This document shows, piece after piece, positions 12,139 to 24,654 of a DNA stretch of 64,000 nt. Source of the DNA: Octopus bimaculoides (taxonomy: Eukaryota); assembly GCF_001194135.2 (NCBI RefSeq), contig NC_068982.1:122974007-123038006 (forward strand). Direction: 5' to 3'. The position numbers and the translations under genes were made by a program. Below the pieces are notes generated by a model. It was not told the DNA's origin, made no database searches, and saw only the letters and a list, made by a program, of their open reading frames with translations. Numbering within the stretch: the stretch's first letter is position 1; every line of letters starts with the position of its first letter.

Positions 12139-13944
12139 AACTATAATTAGTTTAAAATATTTTACATGCTCATAAAGCAAAACAAAATTTAAATACGAAA
12201 ATGCAGGGCTAAAACTGGCAGTGGACTTAACAAAGAATTTAATACACAAAGGGATATCTATCAAAGTCATGTTATCTCTTAAAATTTGCTCATTTCCCTA
12301 GAAATAGCTGCCAAAAATCATTAAATCACACACACACAATTGTCTTAATGAAGTAGTGAAATATGCAGTTGCTTAATCCAAACAACTGTACAGAAGTGAG
12401 AAACTTGGAATACTATTACCATTAACCATCAGCTTTAACCCTCTAGTATTCAGATTACTCAGTCAAATGTAATGCTTATTTATTTACATTGTTTTGAATT
12501 AGCTATGCATTATCTTGTGGCCTCAAGATTTCAATAATATGATTGTTCATCTTTATTTGACATTGTAGGGTAGACGTGAGAGGCTAGATCTGGCCAGGTT
12601 CAGCATAAAACAGGTAAAATATTTTGGCTGGATAGGTAGAAACTCCATACACTCTAGCCATGTAAACTATGGAAGCACAAGAGGTGTATAGTGGAATCAC
12701 AAGTAAGCAAACAGGGAAGGAAGGCTTCATACAAAGCAGATATACAAGAACAATAGACAATGAAACAAAAGTAAAATAGATTCTCTCAAATGTAAGGGCA
12801 ACTGTAAATCTGTCCTATTCACTGCATCATACTGTCTGTGTAATGAGATGGACACTAGACTCATTCGTTTTTGGTATCCCCACCACCATTTTCTCTCATG
12901 AAAATGCTTATATAAGGGACTGCATGAGATCTGCTTCATGCTGCCATCACTCTTTCTCCCCAGCCTGTTCCATCAATCGATCTCTCATTCTCAATAGCAA
13001 AATTGTAGCTATTAATATTGCCTTTTTCCTATACTCTCACTATTGTTTGTCTCCCCCCATCACTCCCTGCCATTTCTGTCTCTTCCATTGAACTTATTTT
13101 CAGGGTTTTGTCTTTATCCACTCACCCTTGTTCTTCAGTCATAATGAAATGCACCTGTGGACTCTGTAAAGTGATCAACAGGCAGTAGGAAAGACTTCCA
13201 ACTGTAGAAACCATGCTGAAAGTGGAATGCATAAGTGAAATGTATCTAAAAGGGTAGTAACTCCAAATGAGAACCGACATTGAATGTGACAACCTGTCCA
13301 ACTCCTACCAGCATGGAAAACATGGGAAAATTATTATTATAATGATATGACTATCCAATCCATGCCAGCATGGAGAACGGGTGTTGAATGATGATGATGG
13401 TATAAACATACATAAGGAACAGCTTTTCTTTTCAACATGATATACTGAGTATATACTTGTGTTCAGGAGTTCAAATTTTTTTGGAACAGTGAAGTTCCCC
13501 AATGCGTTAACATCTCTAGACTTGTAAGTTTATGTGATTAATGATGGAAGCAGTACTCACAGCACATCACAATGCTAAATTAAACAGAGACCACACCTCC
13601 CAATCAGACAATAAAATAAACACTTGACTGAGAACATATACAGTTAAAATTCAAATTCTGGCAGTAATGTCTACACCAGTCACATTGGATCTACCTCCTA
13701 TAAAGAGGCAGTAACACATGCCAAGGTTACTTCACCCAGAAGAAAAAACTCAAGACTATGAAATGTTGATGGTAAATTTCGTAAATTTACCTTCCAAACA
13801 TGTATTTCATGCATAATTACAAAACATCTTGATAAAAAAGATAAAACTAGAACAGTCTTTCATTTATGTATCTAGGTTTTATAGAAAAATGATGTGATTG
13901 TAACGATTTGAATTGCTGAAACAATTTGGATTTAGAAGCTTTAA

Positions 13945-14137
13945 CACTTTTGTTATGACATTTCTTCAAAATAAACTGCTTGTGTTTCAATGAATTTTGA
14001 AAATAATGAAAAATTTAATAAAATAACTCATTATAAGCTGGTGTTTGGAATATAAATTAACATGAAATTTTGATGGAAGGTTTTAATTTAGATCATAGAA
14101 CTAGGGATGGTCTCTGATGGATTGATATCAGAAGGGT
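13945..14137. mobile_element. Possible piggyBac-type MITE
   Basis: Flanked by TTAA at 13941-13944 and 14138-14141. Degenerate ends CACTTTTGTTA / ATCAGAAGGG. Confidence 0.4.
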
Positions 14138-17100
14138 TAAATAATCCTTAAAACTTATCCTCTAATATACACAGTAATTTCAAAGAATTTTTGAAGATTT
14201 CTGCCATTCTTTATTATCCAATATGATTCTCATCTAGTATGATTCAAAGATAAAATCAGAATAGAGAAGTAAATGTCTGCGGTTCATAAAACACTTGCAG
14301 AATTTTCATTAAGATCTTAACAAAAACAAAGAACAACTTATTTAAAAAAGAAATATCTGTCTTATATAATCATCTATCTACTTTCCAGTATCTAAACTTC
14401 TGAACAATAAAGTTCCAAGTTTATTGTTATTTGTGTCATCAAATCAATATTTTCTATTCATTCCTAAACTGGTAAGGCAAGTAAAAGATCGTTTAAAAAC
14501 TGTAGCAGTAAATAGATTTTCAAAGAAACAAGTAGAGAAATAGCCAATGATGATTATCAGCAACATAGTTATTGTTAATTAAAAACTCATAAGCTAAGTA
14601 GATAACATGTTAGTAATATTCAGCAGTGAAATAACATTTAATAGCAATATTTAGAGAATAGCATGACTGTAAAGATAGGTTCTTGAAAAACTAAGTCCTT
14701 TATTAGTTTCTACATCTATTATATTTTTATAAATCACTCAGAGACGGACTCATTATGACAACAATGCCCAAACTGAACAACTTCATGAAAAACATAGGTG
14801 CAACAAAGTGAATATGATAAAAAAAAAAGTATAAAAACAAAAGGACTGGCAGAAAATTTTCAAGAGACAACAAGAGAGGGAATTCACCTGGAAAGAGAAC
14901 AAAATTGAATAGGGACCGAAGTTCAGCAGAAAAAGGACTGATGAGAGTTGGAGGACCATTATAGTTTTTTTGTTTTTTTTTACAAGTGCAACATCATCTG
15001 CATTGAATTTCTGCTTTTCCAAGTAATACAGAGTTCAACCAATGGAATAAATTTTACATTGTGAGGAACTGAAGTCTGTTTTAGACAGAACTTTTCATTG
15101 GAGAGAGATGAAGTGAAATGATGGACGAGCTAACATTTCATTTCTGCAATGAGAGGTTCTATCAAAATGTTAGACATCTTTTTCCTTTGGCATAAAATTC
15201 ATTCCATTGCTAAAATCATTTATATGTTAAGTGTTGAGACTCTTTCAATATCACATAAAACCACAATATACATTTTTACTCTGCACCCACTCATGATCAA
15301 TACACAATTCATACAACCATACATATTCTTTACACAGGCTAGGTTTCACAATCTCTAATAATTTATTCAAAAGTTAATGATGGAGCTCTACGCAGTATCT
15401 CAACTAGCCAAAAAAAAAACATCAAAAAAAAAAAAATCCATCAAACAACACCCTACCATCTTTTGAAAAACTATGGACACATTCAATGATGTAGGTTGCC
15501 TGATCAAAGCATGATTATGGCTTGAATACCATGGCCAACTTAGAGCTAAACATTAAAAACCACCTTTTAAAAACTTAGCATTATTCAAATAGCTAAAACT
15601 GCACACAAAACCTTGGCTCCCCTACTCCCCAAATATGATTTAATTCCAGTTCTTCATATACACTTTCCTCTTATTCAACTAGTTTTTGATATGAAAAGGA
15701 CTCAATTCACAGATTAATAAAGAAAAATAGATTGTGTGTGTCAAACAGTGGAATAAAAGTTTTATGCTAAAAGTCCCTTTTTTTCACTTGTAGAAAACGG
15801 AGGAAAGCAGGTATAAGAAGTTTACCAAAATTCCCTTTCTCTTTAAATATTTTTCAACTTTCATGAAAAAATAAAATCAAATTCAAAAATTTTTTTAAAT
15901 AAAGCGTGTAAACCTATATTAAACTCATGTTGCTGACATGCTTATTCAAATATGGTTTATAATAGAATTTTTTTTACTAACTGCACTGGTAGCATTTCAT
16001 ATTAATTACCAAAAAATGTAATTTATGATAATTGTGAAAAAAGAAAGGATCACAGACTAAGTCAATACACAAGATCACAGACTACGTCAATACACAATAT
16101 CACAAACGAAAATAATTCTGCAACAATATTCTAATTTACAAAAACATTAAAATTATACTTTTTCTGCTTTTAGAAGGTTAAAGAGGTAGACAGAGTATCT
16201 AAATCTCTTAGAAAACATTTTTCTAATGTGAATAAACACTAGGAAATTTTGTGTCTCAGATTTTGCATTCTCATTTAAATGCTGAAAAATTAATAGAAGA
16301 ACTTCGACAATTTTGAAAAGTGTTATACAATAAACGACAGTATAAGCAACAAATGAATTTTCTAAAACATAAGTTGTACAGTATTGACATGTAGATAGCA
16401 TGAAATAGGAAGGTCAGTGTTTAGCATAGACAGAAAACATAACAGTAGTAGCAGCTTCAATAACTAAAAATGAATGAAAATATGCATCAATAAAACAGAT
16501 TTCTTACCCTTTCAATTAAATCTTAAAACAGCACATTCTAGTACTTAATAGCTGAGGCAACCTCACATAAAAAAATTCACATTCTTTTTATCTTTGCAAT
16601 AAACTGTCTTCATGCCTTATAATTAATGATTACGTACACAACATATACAACACACGTGCAGCAAAAGCTTTACACTAGTTAGTAACTCAAATTATCTTTC
16701 AATATAAATTCCTTTAGCAACCAGATAAATTAAGAATTGTCATTTTAAAATTTGACGTGGATTTTATTTTTTTTTTTACGCATATAAGTGACCTGGGTCA
16801 TCACTCATATGATTAGGAAAAAAAAATTTATTAAGTAACGAAGCATGACCAACCTTCTTATGCTATCTGGGTGAGTGAACAATGCTAAATGTGACCAGAA
16901 AGATCTGTTTTGAACCCTAGCAGTTGGAAAAAATGTTGTAAACAGAGATTTACCTTGCTCTACTAAGTAAAGCAAACACAAAAAAAAAGCAACAAAATAC
17001 TGGGTATATCAGTTCTTAACACTAATTTGCTTTATTTACTGAGTAACAATAACAAAATAAAACAATAAACAGTTAAAGTAACATAGGGTGATGTTGGTTC

Positions 17101-17687
17101 AGACTGGCTATTTTGAATTAATCAACTTAAAATATACTGCAGTCATTCGTACATGGTATTGATATTAAGAGGGTTAGATAATTTTATAGAACAGGAAAGT
17201 CAATCTGATTCACTCACTCCACAAGTTTTCTCTTCCAAAGAAGTACTGAGAGAGAGAGAGAGAGCAAAAAAAATAACAATGAAGATGAAAACTGCTAATT
17301 AATGTTGAAGCTTATTTAGGAATATATATTCAGATATTAATTTAATAGACAAAAAATATGTACATTAAAAATAACTTGATGCAACACCTGGTGAAATTAA
17401 GTTGGAGAGAAGGTGCATGTTATTTTCACAGCGAACAAATAATGAATTCAATATTAACATCTAAAGTTTTGTTGGAGAAAGAAAGCAGCAATGACCTTTA
17501 CTTTAATTAGTCTTTACCAACAAGCTAATGGCATGAAGGAGAAATAGTGTGATGTTATTTAAAAAATAAAAATGTAAAATTTGTCAAAGGTATATAGTGG
17601 CAAAACAACAGAAATGTAAATTTTAACTACCTGAGAATACAAACACCTTGTTAGACAGTTAAAGATGCATGTACGTGTCTGTTTGAA

Positions 17688-17692
<5 letters not shown>

Positions 17693-17774
<82 letters not shown>

Positions 17775-17779
17775 GAGAG
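17693..17779. repeat. (AG)n microsatellite; reads (CU)n on the pre-mRNA
   Basis: Direct reading. Confidence 0.95.
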
Positions 17780-19324
17780 AGGAGACACATGGTATGTAAG
17801 CATGAGCTTGAAAAAGTAAAGCCATATTTTTATGTTTACAACTGTATTCTATATTCAATGAAATATCGAACAGTAGAGTCTTTGTTGCAGTACCAGAAGA
17901 ATTTATATTTTTTTGTTCCATGAATATGAGGAATGAGCAATGTTTATTACCTGAAATTACAACAAATAATTGATTTTGTGCTGCAAAATTCGAACGTATA
18001 TTGATAGCATGGGAATATTATTATAGGTGTGATATTTGATTAGAGACAGGAAGTAATTTTCTGAATTATAGGTGTGCATAAATACAAGCAGCTGGTAGCA
18101 GATTAGTGCTTAAACACTTAAGTACAGCAGAAAAACCGATAGTAATTTCCTTGACTTTCAAAGATGACAGAAGGTAAGATTTGAATACATAACACCAAAA
18201 AAATATAATTACAAATTAATACAATTATTTCAACAGTAATACTGAAATATCAGCTATAATAGACTTACAGATAAATCTACTGCTGCAGATGTGATAGAAG
18301 CTTCATGAATTATGCAGGCTTGTCTAAGCAACTGGAAGAAATATATACATATACGTAAGTATATGTATGTGAGAGAGAGAGAGAGACACAGAGAGAGATA
18401 TGAGGTTTCCCTACATTATCAGAAATGGGACAGCAGACAGCAACTGCGCCACAACCAGAAATATTGATTAAATCTATTGGGCAGTGGAAATATTGAGATA
18501 GGGGTGGCAGTTAGTGAAGGAATGCCAAACAGGTGGAACTGCTTAATCAGAATGACTTTTAATTTAAAAGGTAATAAATAAAATAATACAAAATAAAAGT
18601 AGAAAAGTATATAACACCCCTTATCTCTTTCAAAAAAAAAAAAAATTAACCATTATTATTATTTGACATCTACTTTTATTCTTATATTTATAATTCTTTA
18701 AAAATAAGATTAACATTTTTTTCCCCCAATTTTGTTTTTCCTACTATAGAGTTGCAACTAGCTAAGTTGATGCTGTAGCTTGGTAACATGAGGCTAAATA
18801 ATTCAAATCCCATTAGGGTCTCACAATATGCCCATAAGTGAGACAGTTGTTATCCAGCAAGTCCATATAACCAAAAATAAGTGTCATAAAAATTCACCAC
18901 TGCTGTTTAACTAATATAAGTGATACAATGATTTGCAGTGCAGAACAAAATTCTACCCGTACTTGAAGAAAACACTGTCCACAAGTCAATAGGACTAATA
19001 ATCATCCATTGAGAGAGGTATAGGAAAAAGATTATTTACAATTCTTATCCAAGTATTGACTTCTGTAGTGAAAACATATATGGTAAGATGGAATTTGAAC
19101 CTTTAAAAAAGATCCATAAACCTGGAGTTGCCTTAAACACCAAATATAAAATCTGAACCTTGACAGTCAGTGGTCTCATAAAATAAGACAATTCAAAAAT
19201 TCAAGAAGCTATCTGCAACATATTTTACACCAGTATTTGTAATATATTACAATATCACTGTATTGACCATACCACTGGATGTAGTTACACACTGCACTTC
19301 CTTGTATTGTTGTAGCTTTCAAAT

Positions 19325-19531
19325 GATGCCACCCCACTGGCCAAGCAACAGGCTAACATTCTTTCTGAATACGATGCCAGTCTGTCACAGAGTTACCAAT
19401 TTACAGCTGAGTGTGCTGGTGTAATGTGAAATGAGTTTTGCTCAAGAACACATCACACTGCTGATCTGGGAATCGAAACCACAATCTTGAAATTGTGAGT
19501 GCCACATCTTATCCACTTGGCCATGTGTCTT
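19325..19531 (-). mobile_element. Old tRNA-derived SINE
   Basis: Minus strand TGGCCAAGTGG (A box) and GGTTTCGATTCC (B box), then a CORE/V-like body GTGTTCTTGAGCAAAAC. Confidence 0.65.
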
Positions 19532-20020
19532 TACATCATACAATATATACTGTGATTAAATTTATTTTAAGTAAATGGTAAAATTATACTGGACACCATA
19601 TTAGTTTAGTTTCTGTAGAATAACTGATGCCTTATCAGTGTCTTGCTATTATTTGAAATGACTTAAATTTCAATAGTCAAGACAGTTTCTTAGCAGTATG
19701 CTTAACTGTAACATTTCACCTGTCATTAGGATGGTTGTTAAATTATCATCTCTCAGTAACTTTCAGCTGTATGTGCTAGATTCCAATGCCTATGTGACTA
19801 CTGAAATATCATCCCGATTGCCAGATAGAAACCTTTATGGTTTTTACTACTCTTCACACAACCTCACTTATAAAGATTGGTTTTGGATCAACATATATCA
19901 AAATATGCTAAAATCATGTACATTCTTCCTGTGAAAAAGTTTTGTACACTGAACCAAAAACCAAAAGTTGTAACCTGCTGTTGTGACATATTGTCAGATA
20001 GTGACAATATACAGTAAGTT

Positions 20021-21085
20021 TGAGATGGTATCAAAAAGTTCCCAGACTAATTCTGTACCATGAGAGCTAGCAGTGACTTTCGTGAGACTGTGCCGAGTGA
20101 CATCGCTGTGTCTACTTGTGAAATTTGTGATTTTGTGATCACAAGTATGCTGTATGCTGTAGTCTGCAATTGTCATGGACAGGAAGTTGGAAGAAAGAGC
20201 CAATGTGAAATTTTGCATTAAACTTGGGAAGTTTGCTACAGAGACATTGACCATGCTTTGGCAAGCTTATGGCAACATAACAATGGGTCATACGCAATGT
20301 TTCGAGTCAAAGAACATCCCCGGAAGACATGAGCGATCTGGAAGACCTACCACAAGTGTCATGTCTGGAAATGAGGAGAAAATTCAACAGCTTGTGTATA
20401 AGAATTGTCAGAGGTCAATCAATGACATTGCTGATGTTGGTCTGTCATACGAGTCCTTGCAGGCAATCCTAACATCTTGTAGTGATGCTTTTACAGCAGA
20501 CGACATTTTCGGAGTTTCTATCCACGCATGCACAGGGACTAGTTCCGGTAGGAATACAGGAAGAGTCTCATGCACATTGTGTAATCATCGATATCCAAGC
20601 TCCGCGTGGATTTTCATTCTCTTTCTTCGCTGGCCATCGAAGGGCCTGGACGTCGTCAAACAGCTCTCTTCAACATTCCAACTCTGGAGCTAGACAAATA
20701 ACCACGCAACATCATTGAAGGCGTCTCAGTAACCAAAGGGCGAAGTGCTGCCGATTTCCTCTAAATAAATATTGTTGTGTTGATAGTTCAGAATCTGCGT
20801 TCCGTTGTTTCTTCAAGAAATTTAATGTACGGAAGCGGAATACACCTAATGGTGTATAACCACTTCCCTACAATCTGAATTGAACATGCAGTGTATCTCT
20901 GCCAAGTTTGCCCCTCACATGCTGACCACTGAGCAGAAAGAACATCACAAAGTCTGTCAAGATCTCCATCAGCATGCCGCTGATGACCCATCCTTCATGT
21001 CGAAGATTATCACTGGTAACGGGAACTGGATCTACGGGTATGACCTTGAGACGCAACAGTCCAGGAACTTTTTGATACCACCTCA
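20021..21085 (+). mobile_element. Internally deleted mariner transposon relic
   Basis: 28-bp TIRs at 20021-20048 and 21058-21085, TA after the right TIR. Peptides ERANVKFCIKLGKFATET...AYG (N-terminal HTH) and SAKFAPHMLT...IITGNGNWIYGYD (decayed WVPH/TGDE motifs). The catalytic C-terminus is missing. Confidence 0.85.
20478..20872 (+). mobile_element. Solo LTR (395 bp) inserted in the mariner transposase
   Basis: TGTAG...CTACA termini, 4-bp TSD ATCT (20474-20477 and 20873-20876), AATAAA at 20764. The mariner reading resumes once it is removed (AILTS|ELNM). Confidence 0.75.
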
Positions 21086-24000
21086 TAGTTCAAAACCTAT
21101 ATTTTAAGACTAATGATCTGTAGGTATTTCGTTATGCAACCATGATATATTATAAAGTATATTAAATGTTTTTGTAAGTCAACACCACGTTCTACTGTGT
21201 TAGCAGTGCTTTTTTACATTATTTTGTTATGGTTGTTTCTATAGAATATCTGTAGAAATAACCTTAACCAATATTTTAAAAGCAAATTCTAAAAGTCATG
21301 TTATAACACCCAGTTGCCTTATACACCAAACCAGTACACTAACTACAATTGTTTTATGGCATTTATGGGTACTGGACTAATTAATTCAGCAAGTAATGTT
21401 ATGAGTATTTATAATCTGCACTGTGGAAATTGAATCTGGATTGTAACTAAAACTGGATTATTAGACTACTATTGAGTTTGTCCCCTAAAATATTTCATAG
21501 GTCTATGTTCATATAGAAACAAATTTAAATTATGCAGAATTTTGACTTATTGTTAGTCAGCAGTCTAGTTTTTAAAATGAGAACTGGAAATTAGTACTAT
21601 TTGTTTACTTCTGTATTATTTGTATTTTCATTTCATATTCTAGTCAATAGACAGATTGAAATGTAAGTGATTGATATGCTAAATGAGAAGTTGCTACGAA
21701 CTGGTAGAGGGAATCAAACAGTTGTTATAATATAAAATAATTACCTAAATGACAATCTTATAAGTCAGGATAATACTAGATACAAATGCGTAAAAATGGT
21801 GTACTGAAGACCCATTCAATTTCATGACACTATAGAAAAACAAATGCTGAATCAATGGAATAGGAAATCAAAGAAGTTTATAGTTAGAACTTTTAGGATA
21901 TAATACTAGGAACAAAATCAACTCTACATCAGATAATTCTTTTTATTCAGAAGAACTGGAAACAAAAAAAAAAAGCCAAAATTATTCCTCTTCCTATTAA
22001 TTATCTGTACAAAAAACATATCACAATTGTGGGTGCTTTTCCCTCTTTAATCAACATTGTAAAATATATCAATAAAACCAAGAGTAAAATTTCAGCATCA
22101 AAATATTGCAAGATGCCCTAAAATTTATAGTTAAATTAGAGTTGAACTCCCCTCTATAAAACACCTGCTAAGAAATCATGAAATATACTACCAAATAGTA
22201 GATAGGCAGGCTTTTGAAAACCAGTTAAGATCAGCAAGATAAAGAAATATAAGTAACTATGGGTTAGCAATGTGACGGTGAAAAACAAGCAGTAATGAAT
22301 AGTTAATATAATGCAAAACAATAGTATTTTTACCAGAGTTAAGCTAAAAAAGTATCTTCACTTATTTTTAGCCAAGTATTTCTATTTCATTTAGTTTGCT
22401 AAAAATAAAGCATCTTTTACTTCTCACCTTCTTGGATAATTCAGGTAAGACCTACTCTGTTTCTTATTATCCTCCCAAGTATTCTAAGTTCAACTTCATT
22501 GTTATTAGCATTTGTATAAATAAACTACTGATTGGACATTATTTATCCATTTGATTATCTAAATTCACTGCATGGATACGCAAAATGAACAAAACAACTA
22601 AATAACTTTACCTATTAAATTTTCTTTTTTACTATCCATAACAATCAATACATGACTATTATTTGAACTGGGTGAACTTGAGGTAGGCTGTCTCTTACCT
22701 AGTTTCCTTGTGAAAGATATAACTACCATAATCTCCCACTTCACTTCCTCCAAAAAACATTTACTTTTTCAGTAAGTGGTCATGTGTATTGATTGTTATG
22801 GATAGTAAAAGAGACTAATGCAAAGTTTAATTCTTATACGATTCTTATATGATGTCTTTATCAGATGAGTTACTCCTCAGTTACCTAACACTATTTTGTA
22901 ATGTTATATTATTGATTTCTTCTTCAAATACAACAACTATTGTTGTAAAAGAGGGATTGTCAAATAAATTAATTCCTGTATACTTCTGGTATCTACATTA
23001 TTAGATACCAGAACTGAGTGGAGAAAATATTTTCTATCTGAAGCAGCGAGTGAAAAAAATGGAGATATTAATGCATAAGATATTCAGATTTCATAATCTG
23101 ACATCTCAACAAAATTATTTATTTTGATAATTCAGTTTTTTTTTGTTTTTTTTGATAATTACAGCATTATATTAAAAATGGCAGTTTTCCAACTAATTAT
23201 TAATAAGTCTTCTACTAAAGCAAATATAAATTAGACTACGATTGGACATGTAACATACACTTTTTATAGACCTGTTTATCCGGTGTGGGTGTAGTTGTTT
23301 GACTCAGCTATTTCAAGAATGTTTTAAATGCTGGTTTTTGGCCTTTTTTTTTTCTGCAGAACTATAAGACAAAGCCAAGCATATTCAATGTCCATAGTTC
23401 TAGTGTGACAGCTGTTTTAAGTCAACACATTCTAAAGTTGACTGTGAAACTATATTTGTTACTGCTTTCAAGTAAAATTTTCTGAAGTCTGAATTTAAGT
23501 AAAAGAAGGTCAAACATTATTTTATTATTTTTTGCATTGAATTGTATCACAGTGGGAAACATTGCCTAATTTTTTTAATATTGGATTAACATTTCTGTCG
23601 CCAGAGAAACTTTTCCTCTTCTCATTAATTCAGTACATAAAAAGGTGTAATAAAAATAACATGATTGCTCAGAATTATTACTTACAGTTCCAATCTAATA
23701 TCTTTATCAGTATTAAAGAAATACCAAGGATGGCAGGGTGAACGCTTATCTCAGGATGTTGACCCCTTACAAAGCAAATGACAAAGGAACACAAGAAATG
23801 GCAAAAAGCTATTTTGAAGGACCCATTCAACCCATGCAAGCATGGAAAAGCAGGGTGTCAGGTGTATGAACTTGTTAGATTTGTGTAACAATGGACAACC
23901 ACATAAAGGGCTACCTGATGAGTTTTTTAGGCAACAGGCAATATAAATCATCACTAACTGCAGAAAATGGAAGAATATCCTTAATTTACCAAAAAGAAGC

Positions 24001-24654
24001 TTCAGTAGATATGATGCATGCATGTTAACCTATTAGACATGAATCATACAGTGAGTGTCCAATATATGGATTACTGAACATCACAGCTTACTAAATTTTT
24101 CTAACTGAAAAAATTAGAAATTTAAAAGGATAGCTAAATTACCAAACTAAAACCAGAAAAAAGGAAGAAAAAAAAACAATTCATCCAATATGTAACCTTT
24201 TTTTTTTCTTTTTCAGCTTATAGGTATCTCCTACCTTTAACTTATTCTATCATTATGACAATAGCTTCCCGTTTACTGAATTTCTCATATCCATCTCCTT
24301 GTAAAGCTATAAACTACAATTTTCTTTCCATTTTCCGCTGCTCCCCAACATGCTTAGACAGAAATTTAACAGAACTAAACCTTACTATTCAACTTTGCAG
24401 GCATTAATAGTTTCTAGATAAATTATTCTATTTATATACTTCTTTATGAGTTTTTAGTCATTTATTTTGTAAAAATAAGATAACTTTATACTACATTTTG
24501 ACTTTGAGAAAAGATATGCTGCTTTCAGGAAAAAACATGTGAAGGAAGTGTGAGGGTCAAATATGTTTAATACAAAAAATGTCGGTTAAAGATACAATAC
24601 AGTTTTATAGATTATGCTATTGAGAAAAGCATTAAGAAATTGTTATCTTAAAAT

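Noticed and set aside
16048-16097. 25-bp tandem duplication GATCACAGACTA(A/C)GTCAATACACAA
   Set aside because: Real, but an ordinary local slippage event with no further structure.
16508-16521. 14-nt AG...GTAAGA exon candidate with upstream TGC
   Set aside because: Weak pyrimidine tract, frameshifting and contains a stop. A poison exon is possible but unsupported.
23686-23694. Another 9-nt in-frame AG...GTAAGT microexon candidate
   Set aside because: No pyrimidine tract, a competing AG just upstream, no TGC and a weak exonic donor half. It shows such motifs arise by chance.
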